Origin: Amphiscolops sp. MND2022
Taxonomy: Eukaryota
Assembly (NCBI GenBank): GCA_964187785.1
Contig: OZ076414.1
Coordinates: 50,158,001-50,222,000 of the forward strand
Direction of reading: 5' to 3'
Length of the DNA: 64,000 bases
The position numbers and the translations under genes are program-made. How positions within the stretch are numbered: the first letter of the stretch is position 1; each line of letters opens with the position of its first letter. The notes beneath the pieces are model-generated. The model did no database searches. It had not been told where the DNA came from and saw nothing but the letters and a program-made list of their open reading frames with translations. Below are positions 1 to 10,600 of the stretch, in pieces.

Positions 1-2591
1 AGTTGATTTATATTCGAAGGATTCCCCTTCTAACCTCTGAAGTTTCAGCTCCACCTCAACGTCGAAGCAAACGTCTTTCATTATCTTTGCGAACGTATCG
101 CGTATTTCGTCATGTCTCATGTGAGTGTAGCCTCCTTTTCCGCAGTGTAGGGAATGGGCAACAGTGAAGGGTTCACCACATGGGCATTTGGCAGGTAAAT
201 TCTTTGGCTCCCAACCGTAGCACAGCGCCAGACCGTCCCGAAATTCAGACTTCGTAAGAGTGAAACCATAGCGTTTCAGTGGGAGGGCTCCTAGCCAGAT
301 GGATGCTCCTTTTTCCGAAACAAGTGTAACTGCGTGTCGTTGTTCGTCATTCAAGTTGCATTTGACTTCTTCAAGCTTAGTTTTTTAAATTTCTTGCTTC
401 TGTTTCTTTATCATGTTTACTGTTGAGTGTTGCTTCGCTTCAGCGGTGGTTAGATTCTCTTCATCTAGATGAGAAGTAACATCCTTTGACCACTGCAGAT
501 CGTTTCTTCTGTCTTCGGGTGAAAGGATATTCAGCCCACCTTTGCTGAGCGGTAGGGAGAAAAGAGAACGTTCTGCTATAGATAACTGACAACGGCCGGT
601 GATGTTAGGGATCAGTTTCGTCGTTAAGAGAGATTCGGTGTTTTGCAGTGTGTTTTCCATGTCAGGTGTTGTTCTTGACAGGAAGGTGAGTTTGTGTTGA
701 ACACCTTTTGTAAATGCATGATAGACATTCTGTGGTGAATTTTTCGCATGTGACGCAAGTTTGTTTACAATGTTCGTGTACTCAGTGAGTTTGGAGGACT
801 GGAAAGCGTGACAGGCCTCGGACGATCCAATAACGGACCCAGTACACGGTGTCCTCCCACTAGTTCAACGTCCTTGTCTTTAAAGAGGTCTTTTGCTTAG
901 TCAAGGGAGGAATCTTTTGTAATTTTTGTGATGAGATGACATTTAGTGATGTTGTATCCAAATGCGGGACCGTGGAGTTTCAGTTTTTCGAAGAAATTTC
1001 GGAGCGATTCGATGCTACCGGCTACATTGCCATCGTCAGCATACCATTTTTGAAGCACTCCTTCTTCGTTCACGAGGTCCAATAACGGTAGAAGCGCAAT
1101 GCCATACATGGACATAGCCAAAGGGTCGCCTTGAGTAGTTCCTTCTTGCGACAAGAGAGTTTTCCTATTCACGTAAAGGTTTGAAGGTGTACCATATGAG
1201 TTTCGGAGCGCTGTTATGATGGATGGACAGGTTTTCTGAATATTTTTCAGGGCCAGATCCCTATTTAGACTATTGAACGCGTTTTTGGCGTCAATCAGGA
1301 GAAGCCCTTCTGTCTCTGGCAGCTCGAACGTCTCACGTAGACAGTGAATGGCGTGTTCGATGCCACATTTTTGACCAAGGCAGAGTTGCCTATTCTGGCC
1401 CAAGATCTTGAGATCGTTCCCGATGCATCGAAGAATGTTCCTCCCAATTATGCGTCTGATGACTTCGCCCACTCCGATTGGTCTGACACCTGGGTTTTTG
1501 TCAAGCGGTATGAGACGACATGCATTGTAGGGAGTTAGATCATGCATTTGTTCTGTTGCGAGCCTCCGGGCAAATGCCGCAAGAGCCTTGCAGAGGTTCG
1601 TGGATGCTTGACCGAAATGTGAAAGCCACCTGCGCCAGTCGTTAGCGTCAACGCTGGATGGTCCGTGGCTACCTTGCGTTGCCATGGCTGTTTTTCGGAC
1701 GGTCGAGGCGTTGATTTTGTCGAAAATACTGTGATGGTGTTCGAGGGTGTGGTCATTTTAGATAGTGACGAGACTGTCGTTTGATGTCATCGGTTTTGGG
1801 TGTTTCTCCTGAAGGATTTGCATTACGGTTTTGTTTCCCACTCTTTCTTGCAGCGACAGGACGTTACCTTTCTGAGACTCATCCAGAAACCGCATTGCAT
1901 TTGAGATTTTCCCGGATGACATTTGGATGTCAAAACTTTTCATTTCATCGGGGTTCTGGCTTTTCCACACTTTTGGTATGCGTTGCTGCAGTGCCTTTGC
2001 TTCGTTGAAGAGCGCCTCGAATTCGCAGCTAAGCCATGCTTCCATTCGTCTTTGAATGGTTTTTCCGATGGATGTTTCACGTTTCTCTTTCGTACGGGCC
2101 AGAACTAGATGGGGCATTACCATCGCGAAGTAAAGTGCTACGTTCGAGTTTCGCAATTTTTCGGCAACTTCATTGAAGATAATGCTGAGGCTCGCGATGA
2201 AGCAATGTCCAGTTTTGTTTTTGCTGAGAGTGACAAACTGGGGCTTCCAGTGGACTATTTCAGAGTAGCATTGTTTTATAAAGTCAATATGTGTTGGTGT
2301 TATTTTCGTCCAGAAGTCAGCGGGTGTGGGCGGAGTGACATTGTCAGGGTCGTTTTGGTTTATTTCTACAGTTGTAAGCAGATTAGCTTGTGGCGTTGCT
2401 GCGGGCGGTGTGTTGGTGTCATCTTGCGGGGCGGCAGCAAGATTGCAGGTTTGACAGATGAAACCCTCGTAGTGGTCTCGTCCCGCTGCCAGATCGCTGC
2501 ATCGTATAGGAATGTAGCCGCACTCATCGCACCATACACCTCCGCCCCTCAGATGCCCGGTGCATTTACTACAATGCGTTTGATCTGCCAT
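1..2591 (-). pseudogene. ORF2 of the CRE-like element (N-terminal Cys-rich finger, RT, CCHC), broken into at least 4 pieces
   Basis: Pieces 1758-2591, 897-1685, 385-660 and 1-~200 are collinear and separated by frameshifts or stops. Confidence 0.85.
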
Positions 2592-2639
2592 GGAATTGAG
2601 GGAAGGTTGTCAGGTCAGTTATATGTACAATTCGATTAT

Positions 2640-3182
2640 TTACATAAGAATAAATTTACAACTATAGTGAGAAAAATAGAAAGACAGAATGCGGGTGAAA
2701 ATATGATTTCCAAAGAAGGAAAAGTGAACTCCGTCACGGCAGAATATCTTGGTGTCAAAATTACGATTAAAACTTGGTGACACAATGGGTAGATTCAGTG
2801 AGCCTAGGAGCTTATGTAGAGCGAAGTTCAGCCAATAGATACGTTGGTTGGTGATTGAATCGTTAGCAGTTGCAATTGTCTTTAGGATTATGACCGTTGA
2901 GGGGTTGAATTTCCAGTAGATCAGCTGAATAATATATTTCCAATTTTCTACAAAAATGGCCGGGGACTTTCGATGGTCGTTGAAGCCAGCTACAACAATA
3001 ACAGTACTCAATTGCTGATGCGGGTATCTTTCAATAACATGGCTCAATTCACTCAGGTTCGCGCCTCTGTAGGAGTGTATTGCGGCACCGACTTCGTTGG
3101 CTTTGATGTATTTAGTTCGAGAGGTTCCGATAACCAAATTTGTTGATCTTGGGTTTAGTCTTCTTGGTTCAAATCGGCACAT
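2640..3182 (-). CDS. SGNH/GDSL-like esterase ORF (ORF1-like), 180 aa
   Basis: All four SGNH blocks are in order: VIGTS (Ser), YRGAN (Gly), VAGFND (Asn), RDGVHF (Asp-x-x-His). It ends 48 nt upstream of ORF2 on the same strand. Confidence 0.8.
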   Translation of the reverse strand: MCRFEPRRLNPRSTNLVIGTSRTKYIKANEVGAAIHSYRGANLSELSHVIERYPHQQLSTVIVVAGFNDHRKSPAIFVENWKYIIQLIYWKFNPSTVIILKTIATANDSITNQRIYWLNFALHKLLGSLNLPIVSPSFNRNFDTKIFCRDGVHFSFFGNHIFTRILSFYFSHYSCKFILM

Positions 3183-3757
3183 GATGCTAAAACAAGATTG
3201 AAGCAGTATCCGAAGCGCATTTGAAAGAACTTCAAGGTTTAAAATTCATGAAAAAATTTTTTTCCACAGTTAAAAAAAATTGAAATTCTTCTATAAAAAA
3301 TTTAAAAAATTTAAAAATTCAAAAATCTAAAACAAAAAGGACTTAGGTAAAAATTCAAGTTCAATCAAGGTGAAAATGGTAGAAACAGGAGAAGTACAAC
3401 CTGGCGATGATGCTTGGGGCGGTTGGTTGCAGGTTCCTCTCCTTCTTGTGCCTCGCCGCACCTTTAGTTTGGCATAAAAGCTCAAGAGCTGTCCAGGTTC
3501 TGCTCACCTACGGCTGGGATGGTGAGACTTTTCGACAGTAACCAAAGTTTAATCAGGCCCAGCGCGCATAAGGATATGAAACAGATCAAGTTTGTGAAAA
3601 AGAAAGGGAGAAGCCTATTTAATAAGTTTATCACAACAATTAGGCTGTTGATAATCTAATCGTACAAAAGTACAACAAATTACCACCGATTACCCGTCAA
3701 TCGCTTGTCAAATATTTATATGGTATTACAAAAGTTGTCGAAGAACATATTGAAGAC

Positions 3758-4279
3758 GGGTGGGCGGAAATAGGTCGAAGGAACGGGATCGATAATCAGA
3801 GTTAGTCCTACATAGTTAGTCCCACAGAGTTAGTCCCGGGTAGACATACCAAATTTTTGAATGGGATCGAAATTTTGATTTTTGGGAAACACTTCGAATT
3901 GCCGGAGATAAAATTTTCTAGAAAAGTAGAAAACGTGTCTCGGATAAATCCCCATTTCCTCTAGTGCCCTTCGGCCCCTTGGGGCCGCTTATGTTCCCAT
4001 TTTGCTAAGCGAGGTCGAACAGGAGCAAAGACCTAGCGGGAACGGAGATCGCGAAGCAATCGTAGTGGGAGCTGGACTTTGTGATGGTGAGGGCGAGCGT
4101 GCATACACAGCATATGACCCACATTAAGATAGTCAATCGACTTGAGGCAAACAAAGAACGTTTTCAACCCGAAGGATTCGATCAAATTCGACCGCATTCC
4201 GTTCGATCCCTGCAATTCGATCAAAAGATTCGACCTTTGTCCTTTCGACCGGAAAAATTCGATCTATTTACAGCCACCC
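3758..4279. mobile_element. Putative MITE / non-autonomous DNA transposon
   Basis: Imperfect ~21-bp terminal inverted repeats (GGGTGGGCGGAAATAGGTCGA vs reverse complement GGGTGGCTGTAAATAGATCGA), internal AGTTAGTCC x3 and TTCGA-rich subrepeats; no clear TSD. Confidence 0.4.
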
Positions 4280-4945
4280 ATCAAAGACGAATTGCCTGAC
4301 AAATTTGGGTTAGTCAACGATGGATGGTCTGATTTTGGAACTTCAACACAATATATTGCCATATTTGCTGTATACCCAAACAAACAAGGTAATATTTTGT
4401 GAAGTAATCTAGAATATATATAATTCTAATAGCTCTTTTTTGCGAGCAGTTAACAATCTTAGTTGTTCAAACAAGATGAGATGACGCAAGTTCTCATGAA
4501 TTCAATTAAACCGTTGTTTCTTTGATAAAGTCAGTCAAATTCTTCTTTTGGAGAGCTTCCGACAGGGAAGCAATCAAAGGTCCTTCTTATCTTTGGTTAC
4601 CGTTTTACATCAACTGTAAAACTGGCATCGAAAGAACTACCGGTTTGGTTTCGACATTTTCTTTCAAAAACTTTTTTCATTCAAACTGAAAAGCAATTGT
4701 TAGGAAAAAGCTTGATCAGCCCTTAAGATCCTTGATGATTCCCAAGTATACACGTTAGGATCGATTGCTTGGTGCCGGTAATAAGTGTCGGAACCCATTT
4801 TTAATTCGGGTATTTTTTCGGGATTGTGCGATTGAGATTTGGAAATATCCTTGAGCATACTAAAAGACTAAGAAAGGTTTCGGCGATCAATCGACCGTAG
4901 TTCAGTGTATTAAACCTGATCCGAAACTACTTGGTCATAACAGCC

Positions 4946-5208
4946 TATGGCGTACTGGATGTCGGAACACTGTACCAAACAGAAGCCTTCTAAAGAGAGC
5001 CAAGTAGATGAACGAATCCATCCAAATGGACGTTAACGTCCGAATGAACGAATTTTAACGTCCAAATGAATATAAACTTATAATGTAATCATTCACTTCC
5101 AAATGGATGAATTGGTATTATGAATAAAATTGATTTTCTTTAACATTTCATTATTAATTTTAAACTCTTTGTAAATCAGACTACATTTTCAGTTTTCCGA
5201 TCCCCATA
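4946..5208 (+). repeat. 5' LTR of the host Gypsy (TATGG...CCATA termini)
   Basis: Clear similarity to 24976-25237 (GATGAACGAATCCATCCAAATGG...CAGACTACATTTTCAG); followed after 2 nt by the PBS. Confidence 0.75.
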
Positions 5209-5210
5209 TT

Positions 5211-5228
5211 TGGTGACCTCGACGTGAT
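5211..5228 (+). promoter_or_regulatory. Primer-binding site, tRNA-Trp type
   Basis: TGGTGACCTCGACGTGAT differs by one base from the complement of the eukaryotic tRNA-Trp 3' end (TGGTGACCCCGACGTGAT). Confidence 0.85.
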
Positions 5229-6010
5229 CGTGAAGACAAAGAAAGAAACAGCAGCTAATTCAAACCTGAGTCCTGACCAAGGAGACGGTTACAGAGCTTC
5301 TACCGCTCAAGTGGGGAGGATCACAATCAGACCTCCAACCTTTTATCGGAATAATCCTCAAGTCTGGTTTCGCCAGTTAGAATCACAATTTGCTTTGGCT
5401 AACATCACAAGTTCACAGACGCGATTTCATCACGTCATGGGTGCACTACCTGAGGACGTTGCTATTAGTCTCCCAACGGACGTGAATACATACGAGACTC
5501 TGTAGGAACAAATTGTCGGCATATATCAGAAGAGCAGACAGGAACGTTTGGAAAAAGTTCTAGGTTCCGTTTCATTAGACGGTCAGAAACCATCAGTGTG
5601 TTTCTTGAGAATAAAATAAATTGGAGGACTGCAATCTGAGCGTGGATGACCAGTTTTTTCCGACATTCGAGGCGACATGAATTTTTGCAAGCATTACCAC
5701 CTACAGCAAGAGTTGCACTTTCTGCACATCACAATCTACCGTTGGAAGATTTCGCCAAGCTTCCTGACACGATATTTCAATACTCAACTATTGACTACCA
5801 AGTGGCAGCAGTACGAAACGATGATAACAGAGAAAAAGATCGAGCTAAGTTCTCCAAGTACCCGTTTACCGCAAAAAACGCCATTGTACCATTCAGTGAC
5901 TGACAAAGATTTGTGGATTACACGTGTTCTACGCACAATACGCAAAACGATGCAAACCATGGTGTAATGGCCTGGTCAAAATCCTCAGACAATCGATGCT
6001 TCTTTAAGAC
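5224..6010 (+). pseudogene. gag: Gypsy gag, disrupted
   Basis: RPPTFYRNNPQVWFRQLESQFALANITSSQTRFHHV is a typical Gypsy capsid N-terminus; in-frame stops and frameshifts follow. Confidence 0.8.
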
Positions 6011-6119
6011 CATCAACGCCAACACACCAAGCAAGCGTCAAACTAAAAACCTCCAGCGTGGTAGCAGCGTGCACTGGGGGTGTTCTTTTCATCGAAATTT
6101 CTGCTGTTTTCAATAGCAC

Positions 6120-9100
6120 TAAACAGAAATTCCTCCTCGATACTGGTTCAATGGTTTCCATCATCAAGTTCGTTGTCGTAGAGAATGCAGTTGTGTTGTC
6201 TTTAAGAAATCCGTTTTTACAGTGTTTGGAGAATTTATTTGAAGCGAGAAAATGGATTCCAAGGATACTACAAGACCCATTAGCGACGTGAATTCATGAT
6301 CAACACAGCAGCAATTCTTCCTTCCACTACAAGACTTTCCACTGTCAAAGCAGGTTCGATTAAAGTTCACGGAAAAGTTACTCTCCCACTCAAAACTCTT
6401 TCCTTACGACGGTGTATTAATCATGAATTTTACGTCGCTAATGTGTCTTGTAATATCCTTGGAATCCATTTTCTTGCTTCAAATAATTTCTCCATAGACT
6501 GTAAAAACGGATTACTTAAAGACAACACAACTACACTCTCTACGACAACGAACTTCACAAAATGCAACCATATTTCTGTTAATAAAGTTGACATCGATAT
6601 TCCTGATGTCGTAAACGAACGTTTACAAACTATTTTGGGCAATTTCAAAGACGTGTTTGGAGATGTTGACTTTAAAATTAGTGTACAGCATCAAATAGTT
6701 CATTGAATAGAGCTCACCGCAGACGGCCCATTTGGAACTCCAAGAAAACTATGTCCGGAAAAATACAATATAGCAACGCAGTGTTTTGAATCAATGGCTA
6801 ATACTGGATTTTGTTTACCCTCTTGTAGTCAATTTGCTTCACCATTACACATGGTACCAAACAAAGAACCAGATAAATGGAGACCTTGCGGAGATTATAG
6901 AAAATTGAATAACGTAACAAAACGCGACTGCTATCCCCTTCCTCAATTATCTGATTTCAATTTATTTTGAAAGAAAGTTTTCAGCAAGTTGGACTTGGTT
7001 AAGGCATACCATCAGATACCAGTACATCCTGATGATATCGAAAAAACAGCAGTGACAACACCGTTTGGTTTATACGAGTTTCAAGAATGCCTTTCGGTCT
7101 CCGGAACGAAAGACAGACCTTCCAAAGGTTCATGAATTCAGTTTTTCAAGGTCTTGATTTGGTTTTCGCTTTTGTCGATGATGTGCTGATTGCTTCAGAA
7201 GATATTGAAACCCATTTCAAAAATGTCGCAGCTGTTTTGGATCGATTGAAGAAGTTCGGGCTCCGTTGTTCTCTGAAAAAGTGTGAATGGATGAAAGACG
7301 AAGTTGAATTCCTTGGATTGCTGATCACTTCTGAAGGACTACAACCAAAGGCAGACAAAGTGGAAACGATAAAAACCTGGCCTCGGTCAACATCATACAA
7401 ACGTCTAAGAAGCATTATAAGTATGGTCTCTTTTATTAGACAGCAAGTGCCTCATTACGCCGAAATAGTAGAACCACTGCAATTATTACCTAACGAAAGT
7501 CAATCAGCGTGTAATTCACAAGTTTCAAATGACACTATATTCCAATGGGATACAATACACGACGAAGCGTCCTCAAACCTAAAAAAAGCCGAACGTGTCT
7601 TGCTATATCATTTATCCCACGATGGAACGCTCACACTTACGACGGACGCTTCCGACAAGGCCATTGGAGGCGTTTTGCCTGACAATAGGAAGGATGGAAC
7701 CAGTGTCCCACTCGCTTTCTCTTCACGTAAATTATCAGTTGCCGAGCGTAATTATTCGGTATTTGATAAAGAATTGTTGACGGTTTTTGGTGCTACACAA
7801 AAGTTTAGGCGTTACATTGAAGGGAGACATTGTGTGGTTTTTACGGATCACAAACCTATTATTGCTTCTTTCCGAAAAATAGCTGACCATTCTCTGCGAC
7901 AATCTCGACAGTTTTCGTTGTTATCAGAATTTATAGATGATACAATCTATATTTCTGGTGATTCAAACGTTTTTGCTGATTGTTTGTCTCGTCCTGAGGT
8001 TGAGGAAGTAAGCACAGATCAGCCGAAACTCATATCCGCTGTCACGTGCGATCCTTTTGACTTACAGTTTATTGCTGAAGCACAAACGTCAGAATTCAAA
8101 AAGGAAATGAACAAAGTTTATAGCCACGGCACGAAATCAGTCCAAATTCCACCAAATACAACAATCTTGTGTGACAACAATATTGAACCTCGCCCAATTG
8201 TTCCTAAAGACATGAGAAAAAGATTGTTTTTGAACTTTCACAACATGTCGCATCCAAATTGGAAGGCAACCAACAAGCTTATTAATGCATGTTTCACTTG
8301 GCCTTATTTGTCCTAGGACATCAAAGAATGGTGCACGGATTGCCTCAAATGCCACAAGAGCAAAGTCACAAGACATACAATCACACCAATATCACCAACT
8401 GAAAGATTCCCTTCTAGATTTGAACATTTGCATATGGACATAGTTGGACCATTACCTGCGGTGTCTAATTGCCATCACAGGTAGATTTTATCTTTCATCG
8501 ATCGTTCTACCAATCGGGTTGAAGCCACTCCAATAAGATCAATTACTGCCACTGTGGTTGCTGAAACGTTCATGTCAACCTAGTTTTCGAGATTTGGAGT
8601 TCCATTTTGTATAAACAACTTACCAAGGACCTCAGTTTGAATGCGATTTGTTTGCCGAACTTGCCAAAGTGCTTGGTTCTGCATGCTTGCGTACTGCACC
8701 TTGGCATCCTCAAGCAAATGGAAAAAATGAACGTTATCACAGAACACTAAAGGCATCTTTAGCAGCCTCGCCTCTACCATGGATTCAAGCCTCACCAGTA
8801 ATACTTTTTAGCCATCACATCATTCCAAATTCTCAAGGAATATCGCCTGTTCAAATGGTTACCGGTTCTGATGCTTTCGTTCCTAGTATATTCGGTAATG
8901 ACACTCCACCAAGATTTACTCGCGTATTTGTTTCCAAATTATTAACTCATTTGCAGCTTTCGGAATTTACTGTTACACCATCAAGCAAATTACTTTCAAA
9001 GATAAGTTACGTACCCAAAGCTCTCCAGGATTGCTCTCATGTTTGGCTGCGAGTAGATTGCACAAACCGCCTTTGGAAGCACCGTATAGTGGTCCTTTTC

Positions 9101-9129
9101 CGGTGTTGGAACGTGATTCAAAAACTAAG
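6120..9129 (+). pseudogene. pol: Gypsy pol (PR, RT, RNase H, integrase), disrupted; 3' part displaced by the nested insertion
   Basis: FLLDTGS (PR); [28 protein letters not shown] (RT); TTDASDKAIG, DKELL, FTDHKP (RH); HPQANGKNERYHRTLK (IN). Confidence 0.9.
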
Positions 9130-9455
9130 TGTTTTAAAGTAGCTCGAGTGGTTTTCTAGGCGAAAGCGTTTAGGTTCAATTCATTTATTGATATTCTATT
9201 TCACACAATGACAAATAATGGATGAACATTGATTTATATTATGAGGAGAAATAATTCAATCTTTTTCCATTCTCGTTTTCTCTCTCATCAGTAGGTTTTT
9301 CTTCTCTCTCTCCGGAGATTATTGTCCCTCGTCTCTTTTTTCTTTGGGTATTTCCATTTTTCTCGAATTTTCTTTTTTGTCCAATCATGTTTGAGAATGC
9401 CATTCCTTCTGAATATCTTCATCCAAAAATAATATAAGTCATGATGAATATCACA
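9130..9455 (-). repeat. 3' LTR of the env-bearing element (326 bp)
   Basis: TGTTTTAAAG...AATATCACA direct repeat of 23059-23383; preceded by the TSD CTAAG. Confidence 0.97.
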
Positions 9456-10083
9456 GTCGGGCACTTTTTGAAAAAGCGGTACCATCGAGCGAATTTGAAC
9501 CATTTTTTTTGCAAAAGTTTTGAATTGTGCCACAGTCCACCTGGAAGTCATGGGAGCATGCATATGTTTTTTTAGAGTATTTTTTTTTCGAGATTTTGGT
9601 TTCGGTCAAAGATTTTTCAACTAGGCGAAATCCTTTCAGCACAATTGGCTTCATTCAGTCGAAAGGGAAATCTCATTTTTTTTTGTTTTCCAAAAGCTTT
9701 TAAGTCATTTGAATATACTTTGAATAATGAGATGTGAAGATTCACTAATGGGTTTTCGTTTTTAAAGTAATGATTTCTTTCAATTTTCTTCCTTCCCCAA
9801 TCAACTTTGCTGAGTCCAGTCAATTTCGGTAATGGGTTTTTGGAATAGAAATGCAGATAAGAAGATTTGTTTGAGGGCATTGGCTCCAATAATTGGTTTT
9901 TGTATAATTGAAGTTGGGTTTTCGGGATTGTTTGAGAACTCACTTTGTTCGGATAAAGGGATAAGCGATTTTCTTCGCTAATGGGTTTTTGCTTTTACGA
10001 ACATGACCTCTTGTTTGTTTTTCGGTCATGAACCCAATAATTGGCAAAGTTTGTAAGGGTTATCGAGTTTTTTCAGAGCCAAA

Positions 10084-10341
10084 ATGTTGAAATTTGTCGT
10101 TCTGTCACTTTTGTTTGTGTGGTTGGTGACAGCTTGTGTGAGGGTCACAATTGATGAAAGTCACCTCGAAGCCCTATGTTGTGCCAACGGCACATATTTG
10201 TTGATAAATGGGATGGAGACATCCTTTGAAGAGGGTTGGGGGTATTTGTGCCCTGGAGCATCTTTGACAGCTGGGAGTGTTGGCTTCAGTGGAAGGCTCC
10301 TTATCGCTCTCGTCGCTGTAATACGAGTAGCCTGTTTTTGA
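10084..10341 (+). CDS. Antisense 85-aa ORF with signal peptide and hydrophobic C-terminus (small secreted or membrane/GPI-type protein candidate)
   Basis: MLKFVVLSLLFVWLVTA...RLLIALVAVIRVACF; ATG in AAAATG context just after an acceptor-like TTTTTTCAG (10076). Confidence 0.55.
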   Translation: MLKFVVLSLLFVWLVTACVRVTIDESHLEALCCANGTYLLINGMETSFEEGWGYLCPGASLTAGSVGFSGRLLIALVAVIRVACF

Positions 10342-10600
10342 GTTGGCGGCGCTGAGTGCCCAAAAGGACCAAAGATGATGCATGCAACAACAAACATCAT
10401 TGTCTCTTTTTTGTTTGTTTTGCTATAGTATAGAAGAATTTAGATTCAACTCAATTCGTGTAGTCACTTTTCACGCAATGATGAGTAATTGGGATTATTG
10501 TAATTGGGATAATTGCGTTGCTGCAGCCCTGTACTAGCTTTTCAGGATAGGAATGCTTACTGCCACGTACTGCATTGCATTAATCCAAATTGCTTTAACA

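Larger units (their letters stand above)
1..3182 (-). mobile_element. CRE-clade-like non-LTR retrotransposon (RT plus C-terminal CCHC / restriction-like endonuclease region), frameshifted; 3' end beyond the window start
   Basis: RT motifs LIPLDKNPGVRPIGVGEVIRRII, GTTQGDPLAM, WYADDG (897-1685). LPLSKGGLNI (385-660). Reverse complement of 1-180 reads CGEPFTVAHSLHCGKGGYTHMRHDEIRD, the CRE-type zinc knuckle. Confidence 0.85.

Noticed and set aside
3400-3570. HDV-like ribozyme at the 5' end of the CRE element
   Set aside because: A CCTCGC loop-like motif is on the wrong strand, and I could not build P1/P1.1 pairings.
9288-9943. Lys-rich minus-strand ORFs near and into the 3' LTR
   Set aside because: Low-complexity products of T-rich plus-strand DNA; the LTR part has an indel between the two LTR copies; no motifs. 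The 108-aa ORF cannot be fully excluded.
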